A stretch of DNA of 64,000 nucleotides from an uncultured Chloroflexia bacterium (GTDB taxonomy: Bacteria; Chloroflexota; Anaerolineae; JAAYZQ01): NCBI GenBank assembly GCA_963700285.1, contig CAVOXA010000014.1:736001-800000 (forward strand), read 5' to 3'. Made by a program: the position numbers and the translations under genes. Under the pieces are notes generated by a model, which was not told the origin of the DNA, did not search any database, and was given only the letters and a program-made list of their open reading frames with translations. Numbering within the stretch: the first letter of the stretch is position 1; every line of letters begins with the position of its first letter. Shown here one piece after another: positions 9,836 to 19,724 of the stretch.

Positions 9836-10630
9836 TTACTGTCGGGTAGCCCCGGCGTTGCGGCGCAGGGAAAGTCCAGCGACGACCAGGGCAAGACCAA
9901 CACCCAACACAGCCAGCAACCACAGATTGGTGACCTCACCGCCGGTCTCTGGCATCGTAGCGGGATAGCTGGCATCTACGCTGGGCACAGCCTGCAGGGC
10001 AGGCTCACCACCGGCCAAGCCCATGGCGAACACCGTGTAGACCGTGCCCGCCTCAAGGGCGACGCCCGGCACGCTCAGGGCAACGGTCTCTGTTCCGGCC
10101 AGGCGAGCTTCAAGGTCGTACGTTCCAGCATCCACCGGTAGATAGTCACCGACGCCCTTGAACTCAACGTTGGCAAAGAGTACGGGCCCACCGTTGGCCA
10201 CGGCAATATCAACAGCCGGAGCATCGGGCGAGGCGTGGACAAAGCGCACGTGCGCTTTGCCGGCAGCCGGAGCGCTGTTGTTGTCGACAAGAACCAGGGG
10301 CTCAATGTTCTCCAACATGCCCACAGCCACCACCGTGTAGTCGGTCTGCGTCTCGAGTGGCAGGTCAGCCTCGATTACGACCGGCTCTGTGGCACCAGTG
10401 GGCGTCACCTGAACATTGTAAGTGGCGGGCTCAAGTTTTGCATAGTCAGTGATTCCGGTGAAGGGAGCGTTGCTAAAGGCAACAGCGCCATCCACCCACA
10501 CATCGACCGCCGGTGCGTCGGGTGAGGCATGCACAACCCGCACACGAGCCTCATGACCATCAGCAAAGGCGCTACTGGCCAAGGCGAGACTGAGAACTAG
10601 GACCGCGGATACGACTAACAGACGTTTCAT
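9836..10630 (-). CDS. DUF4397-domain surface protein with LPxTG-type sortase signal
   Basis: Signal peptide; two VHASPDAPAVD repeats; MPETG, then a hydrophobic stretch and an RR tail. Confidence 0.85.
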   Translation of the reverse strand: MKRLLVVSAVLVLSLALASSAFADGHEARVRVVHASPDAPAVDVWVDGAVAFSNAPFTGITDYAKLEPATYNVQVTPTGATEPVVIEADLPLETQTDYTVVAVGMLENIEPLVLVDNNSAPAAGKAHVRFVHASPDAPAVDIAVANGGPVLFANVEFKGVGDYLPVDAGTYDLEARLAGTETVALSVPGVALEAGTVYTVFAMGLAGGEPALQAVPSVDASYPATMPETGGEVTNLWLLAVLGVGLALVVAGLSLRRNAGATRQ

Positions 10631-11052
10631 TTCTTACCTCCTTGAGTTAAACATAATGGGATTAGAGAAGCGAAGTATCGATAGACAAGCAGCGCGAGAT
10701 TGAGCCTGTCGACTAGTGGAAACTGGCACGCATCCTTTTTGAGTCGTAGTAGTAGTTGGTTTGAGACGGCTTTGACGCCGCCCTGTCGACATGGTCTTCG
10801 ACGCTTCTGAAAGTGATGGCTGTAGTGATAGTTTCATGATCAAGTCCTATGATGTAGTGCTTGGCATCCCAAGCCTGCAGACCAGTCCCCAGATCACTCT
10901 CAACGCTGCTCGAACTACAGGTATTGTACCGCAAGGACGTGATTCCTGCACTAGGCGATGGTAGAGTCCTTGCGGCTAATTCTCATCTAGCCACAAGGTT
11001 AGATGCGGCTTAGCCACCCGGCTAGGTTCGTCGGGAACCTGCGATCCTCGGT

Positions 11053-11088
11053 GGTCCTGGGCCAAGGCATGTACCTTGGCCCAGGACC
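11053..11088 (-). terminator. Perfect 15-bp hairpin downstream of the four-repeat DUF4397 gene
   Basis: GGTCCTGGGCCAAGG-catgta-CCTTGGCCCAGGACC. Confidence 0.6.
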
Positions 11089-11096
11089 CACCAGCC

Positions 11097-12518
11097 TTAC
11101 TGTATGTTGTTGAACATAAGAGGCAGATACAGCATGGCTTTTTCCGGCACCAGGAATCCTGGCTTCCCACTCGGCAGGATAAAGAGGGCAGCCGGTTGGT
11201 TCCCAGCATCTCCCACGGCAAAGGCAGACAGGATGTCACCATCCCCCAACCTGATAGGCAGCGGATCGATCAACGTCGTGCTGCCATCAGCCGTTGTGAT
11301 TTTGAAATCATACATCCCCTCCGGCAGTTCCGAGTAAGGGGCGATGGTGTCATACGGCACATCATCGAGGATAACGGTCCCGTCCTGCAACCGCACGTCG
11401 GCCTTGGTGTCCGCAGCATCAGTGGCAAAGGGCGCCAGGTGACCGATTCGGACCTTGCCCTTCCCGGCTGACGGCGCCGCATTGTCATCCTCGAGCAACT
11501 CAAGGCCCAGATCCCAGCCATTCGCACCGCCTTTGGCGATGGCCACATAGTCCTTGGTATGGTTGAGATTGACCGTGGCGCTGATGGCCGCTGTGGTACT
11601 GCCCGCTGGGAAGACTTCTACCAGATGGTCCACACCGGCTTCCACAGGCAAGTACGCGGTCGAATCCGCAAACTCAAAGCCGTCCAGCACCTCTGTGCCG
11701 TCCAGCTCTATGGACACCGCCGTGTCAGGATCCATGGCAAACGGTGCCAGGTGCGCGACCTGTAGCGATGCGGCCAGCGGCAGCAGGCTGCCTTCCTCCC
11801 CGCTCGGCAGGGCAAAGGCCCCCACCGGCTGGTTCCCACCATCACCTACTGCAAACACAGAGACGATGTCACCAGCACTCAGTGTCACCGGCATCGGATC
11901 GATCAGAGTCGTACTTCCGTCGGCGGTCGTGATCTTCAGGTCGTATGTCCCGGCATCCAGCTCAAGGTAATCGGCGACGGCCCCATAGGGTACATCGTCC
12001 AACAGGACTGTCCCATCCTGCAGCCGCACATCCGCCTTGGTATCCGCTTCCAGGGCGGCAAAGGGTGCAAGGTGGCCGATGCGCACCTTTGCTTTTCCAC
12101 CTGGTGGTGCGGCGTTGTTATCCTCGAGTAGCTTCAGACCGAGGTCCCAACCATTACCACCCCCGATCGCAATAGCCGTGTACTCCATATCCTCCATCAA
12201 GTTCACGGTTGCGCTAATGGCTGCTGTAGTACTGCCGGCTGGGAACACCTCGATCAGATGGTCAACGCCAGCCTCCAATTTGAGATACTCTGTCGAATCG
12301 GCAAACTCAAAGTCGTTTAGCACAGCCGTACCGTCCACCTCAATAGTCACGGCCGTATCTGGATCTTGGGCAAACGGCGCCAGATGCACGACGGCGAGTT
12401 TCGCCATCGTGGCCGATGGCGCCACCTGTTCTGTATCTTCCTGGGCAATAGCCATGATGCCCAGAACAACCACCAATGCCAGCACTAGGGCCAGCACCAA
12501 AGCAAGTCTTTTCATCAT
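11097..12518 (-). CDS. Secreted DUF4397 repeat protein (four HLAPFA repeats) with C-terminal YLPL motif
   Basis: Signal peptide; internal ~211-aa duplication; ends LYLPLMFNNIQ. Confidence 0.85.
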   Translation of the reverse strand: MMKRLALVLALVLALVVVLGIMAIAQEDTEQVAPSATMAKLAVVHLAPFAQDPDTAVTIEVDGTAVLNDFEFADSTEYLKLEAGVDHLIEVFPAGSTTAAISATVNLMEDMEYTAIAIGGGNGWDLGLKLLEDNNAAPPGGKAKVRIGHLAPFAALEADTKADVRLQDGTVLLDDVPYGAVADYLELDAGTYDLKITTADGSTTLIDPMPVTLSAGDIVSVFAVGDGGNQPVGAFALPSGEEGSLLPLAASLQVAHLAPFAMDPDTAVSIELDGTEVLDGFEFADSTAYLPVEAGVDHLVEVFPAGSTTAAISATVNLNHTKDYVAIAKGGANGWDLGLELLEDDNAAPSAGKGKVRIGHLAPFATDAADTKADVRLQDGTVILDDVPYDTIAPYSELPEGMYDFKITTADGSTTLIDPLPIRLGDGDILSAFAVGDAGNQPAALFILPSGKPGFLVPEKAMLYLPLMFNNIQ

Positions 12519-12917
12519 TAGCCTCCTGCTGCTAGGTTCCTATTTCTTTTGGATTTACAAAATGGAAGACGCGCATTGCGCATCTCAAACTCCTTATTTC
12601 CGTATCGGAGGACAAAGATTCCTCGATGGACACCTTCCTTTCTCTCGGAAATGCCGAGCTCAGCGATCTTGGGCAGAAACACAAATACCGGTTCTTGTCT
12701 GCACCGGCGCTTTCATTGTACCCAAAGGACTCTCCCCGTGCACTAGGCAAAAGGAGAGTCCTTGTGGATAATCTATTTCTGTTCTTATGGCTAGCCCGGA
12801 CTTGGTCGATCGGCTAGTACCAAGCGGGATCTATGAAAAGCGCAGGGACTCGATGGGTGTTACGGGCGGATAGCAGGACCAATATACCCGATAGCGTATA
12901 GCCCGGACTGCACCGTC

Positions 12918-13568
12918 TCAGGATTTCGGTACGAGATTATGTTGAAACGCAAGCGCGGCAGCCTCAGTCCGGTTCGAGGCTCCCAACTTGGAGAGGATGC
13001 TACCAACATGGTATTTCGCGGCGGCCACACTCACGACCAGACGCTCTGCAATCTCGGCATTGGAATGCCCTTGGACGAGCAAGGCCAAAACGTCTCTCTC
13101 CCGGTCCGTCAGGTCATCGCCCATCTTGACCGAGGGCTGGCCAGCACGGACCAGGGCTTGCACCGCCTCCGGCGCCAACGTGGGTCGCCCGGCGTAGGCG
13201 GCACGTATCGCCTCGGCAAGCTCATCCATGGACGCGCCCTTGAGCAAGTAACCGACAGCGCCTGCTTGCATAACACCCTGTACCAGGTCGCCACTGTAGA
13301 AGCTGGTCAAGGCCAATACCTGCACCTGGGGATACCGCTTCCGGAGCGCCCTTGTTGTTTCGACACCATCCATCCCGGGCATCATCATGTCCATCAAGAC
13401 AACGTCGGGCTGCACCTGACCGCATAGATCTAGGGCTTCCTCACCACTTTGGGCTTCTCCTACGACTTCAATATCGTCGAAGGCGAGCAATAGGAATCGG
13501 ATCCCCCCTCTGAGGATTTCATGGTCGTCGACAGTCATGACACGAATCTTTTGTGTTTCTCCCATCAT
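12918..13568 (-). CDS. NarL/LuxR-family response regulator
   Basis: VDDH..DVVLMDMMMPGMDG receiver; LTDRERDVL..GHSNAEIA HTH. Confidence 0.95.
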   Translation of the reverse strand: MMGETQKIRVMTVDDHEILRGGIRFLLLAFDDIEVVGEAQSGEEALDLCGQVQPDVVLMDMMMPGMDGVETTRALRKRYPQVQVLALTSFYSGDLVQGVMQAGAVGYLLKGASMDELAEAIRAAYAGRPTLAPEAVQALVRAGQPSVKMGDDLTDRERDVLALLVQGHSNAEIAERLVVSVAAAKYHVGSILSKLGASNRTEAAALAFQHNLVPKS

Positions 13569-13578
13569 CCCATCCCCT

Positions 13579-16170
13579 TCAGGCTGCAGGCCACACCACC
13601 TCGACCCGGGTACCATGGCCAGGACGGCTGGCTATGTTCAGTTTGGCACCGATGGCCTGCGCACGCTCTCGCATGATCTCCAGGCCCAACTGGTGGGCCT
13701 GGACCCTGTCTCCGTCAAAGCCAAGGCCATTATCACACACCTTCAACCTCGCCTGCCCTGGCTCACAGTGAAGGCTAAGCTCTGCCTCGCTGGCTCGAGC
13801 ATGTTTGCTGATGTTATTGAGCGCTTCCTGGGCTATGCGGTAGAGGGCGACCCGGACATCACCTGGCAGAGTACAGTCGCCCATCACGTTTGCCGTCACG
13901 GGCATGCGGGTACGGCCCATCATAGCATCCGCCAACTGACGGAGGAGCACACCTAGCTCGTGTTCCAGCAGGGCAGCCGGTCGCAGTTCCAGCAACATGG
14001 TACGCATTTCGGCAAGCGCACCTTGAGTCAACAAGCGAAGCTCCTCCAAGCCGTGACGGGCCTCTTCCGGGTTGCGCTCCCAGACCCGGGGCAGAGCCTC
14101 AGAAATCGCCGCTACCGAAAACAGGGTCTGGGTGACGGCATCGTGGAGTTCGCGCGCAATCCGTTCCCGTTCCGCACTGGCAGCAGCTTCCTCAAGCTGG
14201 AGCTCGGCCTTCCTTCGGTGAGTGATATCCTGGGTCGCTACCACCACACTATCTATCTCACCCGATTCATCGAACAGTGGCGCCGCATTTGAGGAGAGCA
14301 AGAGCTGGGTTCCGTCAGACATTTTGATTCCGTGCTCGATGTTTTGGACCGGTTCGCCGCAGCCCATCACCCGGGCAAAAGGCAGTTCCTGGTCGGGGAG
14401 AGGCTTGCCATCCTTGGCGGTGCCCTGCCATACTGGATCGTTGTAGGAACGCCCCAGAAGTGTGGTAACCCCCCTCGCCTGATCCGCAAGCTGCTGCAGC
14501 AATCGGTTGGAAAAAGTCATTCGCCCGTGCCGGTCAAATACAGCGATTCCCACTGGACTGGTGTCCATCACTCTAGCAATGAGATCGCGCTCCCATTGCA
14601 GCGCTTCCTCGATCTGCTTGCGCTCCGTCATATCCCGCGAGGCAACGACCACGCCCGCAACCGAGCCATCTAGGTCCTGCACCGGGTAGTAGCCGACATC
14701 CATGTACTTGGCCTCTTCATCGGGCACAGGAAACCAGGCCTGGAAGTGAACCTCATCGCCAGCGAGGCACCGATCCAGATGCGGCTTCACTTGTTCTTCA
14801 AAGACTCTCGTGCCCAAGAGTTCCGCCACGTGCATGCCTACGATCTCTGCCCGTGGCTTCTTGGCAAACTCAGCGTATGTCTCGTTGACCGCACGATAGA
14901 CATAGTCACCGTCGACATAGGATATCGGATCAGAGACTGTGCCTACGATGGTCTCATACCGGCGCAGCGTGCTCTCCACGCGCTTGCGCTCGGTGATATC
15001 CCGCAGTGCTCCATAGACCCGTACAACGCGGTCACGGCCATCATCCCAGACTGGTTTTCCGCTGTGGTGCAGCCACCGCAGTCGGCCATCCTTGGTGATG
15101 ATCCGGAGCTCATGGGCATCTTTCTGGCCCGAGAGCAGTCTCTGCATGTGCTCCTGGACGGCAGGCAAGTCTGCCGGATGGACTATGCGCTCCCAGCCAC
15201 CGTGAGTCTCCAGCTCCTGCGCCGAAAAACCTGTGACCCGGTCGAGCGACTGCGTCATCCATTCAGGTGACAGGCTTCCGTCGCAATCTACACGAAAAGC
15301 GTAGGCCAGATCTGTATTGAGTTGTGAGACCGCCCGGTATCTCTCCTCGCTGGAGCTCAACGCCTTCTCTGCCGATACCCGCTCCGCGATTCTGCCCAGC
15401 CGCTCGGCGATGGCATTGAGCAAGCGTCTCTCTTCCCTCAAGAAGGGGCCTTCGTCCCGGTCTGGCCGGGCCTCTTTGTAGTAGACTTCGATGCTGCCAG
15501 AAAGCTTGTCGTAGACCCTGATGCCGCAGCTCTGCTTCCATTCCGTTGCTACAAATCCTCTTGATTGGTATGTCCGCCCATGAAGGACCACACGCGCACA
15601 CGCGATCTCTGGATATTGCCAGGCTGGCGGTATGAGGTCCGCCGTGCCCGCGAGGATATCTGGCAAGAAGAGGTCTGCCTGCTCGATCAGTCTGGAAATA
15701 CCATAGAGACAATCCAGCTCTTTCACCCGCTCCTTGACTTCATGCATCTGGACCCGGAGCATCTCCTCCGCGTGCTGAATGCGCAGCATCGCCTTCACCC
15801 GAGCCACAAGCTCCCGCTCGGAAGCTGGCCGAACGATATACTCATTCGCACCCTCTTCCAAGCCCTCGGCCTGGCTGGCAGAGTCAATCCTCCTACCGGA
15901 GAGCATAGCCACGAAAGTATTGGCCAGCGCTGGGTCAGCCTTGATCCGCCGGCATACCTCCATACCGTCCATGTCGGGCAAAATGACATCGAGAAGGATC
16001 AGGTCTGGCCTGACCTCCCTCGCCAGACGCAGACCCTCGCTGCCCGTAGCCGCCTCCACCACCTGATAGCCTGCATCCGTCAGCAGCCGCGATGTGGAGT
16101 GCAGCAGAAACGGCTCGTCGTCAACGATGAGTACTCGGGCCGCACTGGCAGGATCCTTGCTCTGTGTCAT
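13579..16170 (-). CDS. Hybrid sensor kinase: REC, multiple PAS, HisKA_3, HATPase
   Basis: N-terminal VLIVDDE/DVILPD receiver; PAS/PAC repeats ending DITERK; ERERIARELHD; QEALNNISKHA, DNGLGF. Confidence 0.93.
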   Translation of the reverse strand: MTQSKDPASAARVLIVDDEPFLLHSTSRLLTDAGYQVVEAATGSEGLRLAREVRPDLILLDVILPDMDGMEVCRRIKADPALANTFVAMLSGRRIDSASQAEGLEEGANEYIVRPASERELVARVKAMLRIQHAEEMLRVQMHEVKERVKELDCLYGISRLIEQADLFLPDILAGTADLIPPAWQYPEIACARVVLHGRTYQSRGFVATEWKQSCGIRVYDKLSGSIEVYYKEARPDRDEGPFLREERRLLNAIAERLGRIAERVSAEKALSSSEERYRAVSQLNTDLAYAFRVDCDGSLSPEWMTQSLDRVTGFSAQELETHGGWERIVHPADLPAVQEHMQRLLSGQKDAHELRIITKDGRLRWLHHSGKPVWDDGRDRVVRVYGALRDITERKRVESTLRRYETIVGTVSDPISYVDGDYVYRAVNETYAEFAKKPRAEIVGMHVAELLGTRVFEEQVKPHLDRCLAGDEVHFQAWFPVPDEEAKYMDVGYYPVQDLDGSVAGVVVASRDMTERKQIEEALQWERDLIARVMDTSPVGIAVFDRHGRMTFSNRLLQQLADQARGVTTLLGRSYNDPVWQGTAKDGKPLPDQELPFARVMGCGEPVQNIEHGIKMSDGTQLLLSSNAAPLFDESGEIDSVVVATQDITHRRKAELQLEEAAASAERERIARELHDAVTQTLFSVAAISEALPRVWERNPEEARHGLEELRLLTQGALAEMRTMLLELRPAALLEHELGVLLRQLADAMMGRTRMPVTANVMGDCTLPGDVRVALYRIAQEALNNISKHARASEAELSLHCEPGQARLKVCDNGLGFDGDRVQAHQLGLEIMRERAQAIGAKLNIASRPGHGTRVEVVWPAA

Positions 16171-17399
16171 GCCCCACTCCTGTCGTCAGACCCCTGCTCA
16201 AATTGGATAGGCAGCGATACGTAAAAGGTAGAGCCCTTGTCCACCTCGCTCTCTACCCAGATCCTTCCCCGGTGTCCCGCGACAATCCGCCGCGCTATGG
16301 CCAGCCCCAATCCGGTACTCCTTTCTCCCTCTGTCCCCCTCACGCTGGTTCTGCCAAACCACTTGAACAATCTGTCGATCTCTTTGGCTGGAATACCCTG
16401 CCCCTCATCTCTGACCGAGACCACTACCTGATCTGCCATTCGCTCCAGACCTACCTCCACCTGGCTTCCCTGGTGGGAGAACTTGACCGCATTGGAAATG
16501 AGGTTGTTCAAGACCTGCTCTATCTTGACAGGATCTAGCAGCATCAAAGGTAGTGATTCCTCATGTCGAAAAGAGAGACGAATCTGCTTGCTGTCCGCCA
16601 GAATGCTATTCAATACCAGATTGCGGTCGATCAGAGCGACCAGGTCTGTCGGTTCAAGCGAGAGGACCAGCCGGCCAGACTCGATGGCAGACACGTCCAG
16701 CAGGTCTTCGACCATCTGCAGCATGAAGCCGCCATAGGACTCGATGATTGATAGGAACTCAATCTGTTCCTCCTCTAGCCGGGACGAGGCCCTGTCCAGC
16801 AAAAACCGGGCACAAGACTGAACGACAAAGAGTGGGTTGCGCAAGTCATGAGCGGCCATACCCAGGAACTCATCCTTGAGCTTGATGAGCTTCTCCAACT
16901 CGGCGTTACTCTTGGCTAGCTCTCTTTGGAGCGTGACCAGCTCATTGTTCAGGCGGCTCAGTTCATCGTAGAGCGCGGCGGTTCGTCCAGTGTGGAGGCG
17001 CTCCATTTCAGTGCGTTCCTTGACCGCTTGCCGCAGGGCTGACGTCTGTTCTCCACTGATCTGCGCAAGCTCATCACAGAACCGGCCCAACGCGCTGGAA
17101 CTTGTCGCCGCTATGATCAGGAGCTTGCTGCCAGCGACGACTCCCGTAAAGTGCAACACCTGAACGCCACCGTTGTCAGAGACAGTTAATTCCCAGTCAA
17201 AGGCCGTGCCCCGGGCTCGCACGACGGCCAGAAAGCTAAGTGCCTTGCCAAGGCCAGGTGGATCGATGAGCTGAGTGAAAGGACGGCCCAGTCGCGCCTT
17301 GCTGGCCATCGCCAGGTCGTCGTGTAGCACCTGCTCAAGCAATCCCTGGGCATCGCATAGCAGTGCAAGGCCGGGAACCTCTGCGATTGAGTTCATCAT
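16167..17399 (-). CDS. Sensor histidine kinase (PAS-like, coiled coil, HisKA, HATPase)
   Basis: AHDLRNPL H-box, NLISNAVKF, DEGQGI, GLGLAI; no TM segments. Confidence 0.93.
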   Translation of the reverse strand: MMNSIAEVPGLALLCDAQGLLEQVLHDDLAMASKARLGRPFTQLIDPPGLGKALSFLAVVRARGTAFDWELTVSDNGGVQVLHFTGVVAGSKLLIIAATSSSALGRFCDELAQISGEQTSALRQAVKERTEMERLHTGRTAALYDELSRLNNELVTLQRELAKSNAELEKLIKLKDEFLGMAAHDLRNPLFVVQSCARFLLDRASSRLEEEQIEFLSIIESYGGFMLQMVEDLLDVSAIESGRLVLSLEPTDLVALIDRNLVLNSILADSKQIRLSFRHEESLPLMLLDPVKIEQVLNNLISNAVKFSHQGSQVEVGLERMADQVVVSVRDEGQGIPAKEIDRLFKWFGRTSVRGTEGERSTGLGLAIARRIVAGHRGRIWVESEVDKGSTFYVSLPIQFEQGSDDRSGA

Positions 17400-18460
17400 T
17401 CCTCATCCACCATGCACATGGCCAGTGTTACAGCTTCCTGGGCATCGGGGGCATAGCCATGGGCGCCAATGGTCCTCCACAGCCCCGGCGAAAGGTTGAA
17501 AGGATAGCCGCCTACCAGGACCCGCACCATCTTGGTCGCCTCCGCGCTCTGCACTCGAGCAACAAGGTCGGCCACAGCGCTGACATGAAACGTCATCGTA
17601 GCTGAAATGGCCAGAATCTCTGCATCGCGTTCTTTGAGTGTGCGCAAGATGCTATCCGCCGGAGTGTTGGCCCCGAGGTAGTAGGCGTCCCATCCCTCTA
17701 TCTCAAAAAAGTCGGCCACCATCCGCGCCCCAAGCTCATGCAGCTCACCGCCCACACAGGTAACGACAGCCCGGTGGCCAATCCTCTCGGCGGAAAAAAC
17801 GTGGGGATAAAGCTGGGACATGATGAGCTGCGTGGCTGCCGTACAGTAGTGCTCTTGGGCCACTGTAACCTGGTTCATCTGCCACAGGCGCCCGATCTCG
17901 CGCTGCGCGCGCTGAAAAACGTAGAGATATAGGTCCTTGATCCCGGCGCCTGCCTGAACTGCGTCGAGGACGAGTGCACTGGCCACATGCCGTTCCCCCT
18001 GCAGAAGAAGACGGAGATAGTCCCGTGCCAGATCCACCAGTGGGGCATCTGGTTCCAGATGGGTTGGCAGAGTGGGGGAGGTCTTTCGTAGCTTGTCAAG
18101 GGCTGCAGCACAATAATCGTCCGTGATGGCACTCAAATCCGGGGGTAGATGTTGTCCAAGTACATCACGCATACATTGGAGGGTAGCCACCAAGACCTCA
18201 TCGGGAAAACCAAGGCCGGCAAAGAGTACTTTGGTCCAGGCTGAGTAGTTGGCAAAAAGATTAGGATCGCAGACGGACAGCGCTTGCGCCAAGTAGGTCA
18301 GGTGATAGCCCACATCGCGGACCGATTTCTCTCTCCCTTCCTCCCCGTAGCGCGCCCAGGGCTCTGCCTGGAGGGCATACTGGAGGTCAACAACCTCCTT
18401 CGCCAGGCTTGTCAATTGCTCATCAATGATCTGGCTCGCTTTCGAAGCATCTTTGCTCAT
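17396..18460 (-). CDS. Cobalamin-binding sensor with N-terminal phycobiliprotein/globin-like domain (photocobilin-like)
   Basis: W-x9-EH (WQMNQVTVAQEH) and ExHxxG (ELHELG) CarH-type AdoB12 motifs, YLGANTP; N-terminal SVRDVGYHLTYLAQAL..D..LF..Y..W helix pattern. Confidence 0.8.
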   Translation of the reverse strand: MSKDASKASQIIDEQLTSLAKEVVDLQYALQAEPWARYGEEGREKSVRDVGYHLTYLAQALSVCDPNLFANYSAWTKVLFAGLGFPDEVLVATLQCMRDVLGQHLPPDLSAITDDYCAAALDKLRKTSPTLPTHLEPDAPLVDLARDYLRLLLQGERHVASALVLDAVQAGAGIKDLYLYVFQRAQREIGRLWQMNQVTVAQEHYCTAATQLIMSQLYPHVFSAERIGHRAVVTCVGGELHELGARMVADFFEIEGWDAYYLGANTPADSILRTLKERDAEILAISATMTFHVSAVADLVARVQSAEATKMVRVLVGGYPFNLSPGLWRTIGAHGYAPDAQEAVTLAMCMVDEE

Positions 18461-18557
18461 TGGGGCCTCCTCGCACTCGGGCCACCCTGGGACAGCATAG
18501 CGGGAATGCTAGCAGACGGGCTGCCCAGCTCACCATTTCGTGCAGGCTGACAACCTT

Positions 18558-18586
18558 ATTCTAATCGTACCTGCAGGAAAACGCAA
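18558..18586 (-). promoter_or_regulatory. Sigma70-type promoter of the B12 sensor-kinase operon
   Basis: TTGCGT-17 nt-TAGAAT on the minus strand. Confidence 0.55.
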
Positions 18587-18643
18587 GTACCCTGAGGCCC
18601 CTCAGACAGGGGGCTGATGGTACCAGGCAGATGGCCAAGCTGC

Positions 18644-18988
18644 CTACAAGATCAAGATGATCCCCGCAATGATTTCCACGGCCAGGCTCAAAAGATTCGA
18701 GCGCTCAGTCGACCGGTCGAGAACGATCCCCGCGGTCCGTGCCAGGGCAATGACCAAGTATACAATGCCCAGCATCTGGTACGCCTCTGGCGCGCTAAGG
18801 AGCAGGGGGGCCAATCCCAGCCCGACAAACGTACCACCAAGAATCGCCCGGATCTCGGTGATCCCTCGCGCGCCAGGAACAATCAGCCCCGTAAAACCCA
18901 TCACCGACCGGGGTCGGACCAAAGAAACCAGGCCAGTAGCGATGGTGACCACAGCCATCAGTACTTTGAGAATGTCAAGAATCTCCAC
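18644..18988 (-). CDS. Small four-TM membrane protein (DUF4345-like)
   Basis: Hydrophobic, with G..EIRA.LGG.F.GLG motif. Confidence 0.65.
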   Translation of the reverse strand: MEILDILKVLMAVVTIATGLVSLVRPRSVMGFTGLIVPGARGITEIRAILGGTFVGLGLAPLLLSAPEAYQMLGIVYLVIALARTAGIVLDRSTERSNLLSLAVEIIAGIILIL

Positions 18989-19067
18989 AAGTTTCCTCCC
19001 GTATCCGTTGGAATAGTAGAATGGTTCACTCTTCTCTCAGCGTCCTACCGTCACCACCCAGTCTCTG

Positions 19068-19721
19068 CTAGTGCCCGCAGAAGGACCTGGACGCCACGTC
19101 TGCAGAATCTGGCTCAGCGGCAGGCACTTCTACCGGCGTCCAGTAGCTGCGCATCTTCAGCGGGGAAGGCCGGATCGCCACCCAGGCGCTCCTTCTCACC
19201 AATGACAAAGGTATAGCGGCCCAACTTCACCCTGGGGATGCCAAACTGCCACCAAGTACTGGCCTCTCGTGGGCAGCGTCACCCGCTCTTCCTGGCGCTC
19301 CCAGTAGGAGGTGCCGCTGAACGGCTCGTAGAAGGTGGGAGCGGGTCCGGGTGGCGGCTCAAGCACCAATGCACCTGAGCCTCTCCGGCAGAACTACCCC
19401 CGCCGGCACTTTGTTCTTTGGCAAGCCTGGCCCCATCAGGAACATTGTCGGCGCAAAGTCCTTCTGGCCCTCGACCTGGGGAATGGTCAGTTCTAGAAGG
19501 ATCACCTCGTTCTCCAAGCCCTCAAAGGCAAAGTAGTCCACGTCGACGGCCGAAGACAGGGTGGCATAGATGGCTGTCGAGATGCTGGGATCTCTTATCT
19601 GCCAGGGGTGGTCGGAACTGATGTCCGTATCCTCGAAGAATGGCTGATGTGCCAGTATCGCCGTTGGAGCCAGCACGGAAAGGCTGAGTACCACTACTAT
19701 TCCCAGTATTGTACGTTGCAT
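19068..19721 (-). CDS. Secreted hypothetical protein, frameshifted
   Basis: Signal peptide and HQPFFED...DVDYFAFEG; continues in shifted frames as PTFYEPFSGTSYWERQ...GRYTFVIGEKE to TAG at 19068. Confidence 0.6.
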
Positions 19722-19724
19722 CCC

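Noticed and set aside
10634-11050. Possible riboswitch or small ORFs between the DUF4397 genes
   Set aside because: Only short hairpins; no match to riboswitch cores I can recognise, and the ORFs lack RBS or motifs.
17396-18460. Methyltransferase corrinoid protein or true phycobilisome subunit
   Set aside because: It has the W-x9-EH photoreceptor motif and kinase context, no methyltransferase partners or phycobilisome genes nearby, and no bilin-attaching Cys at the usual position.
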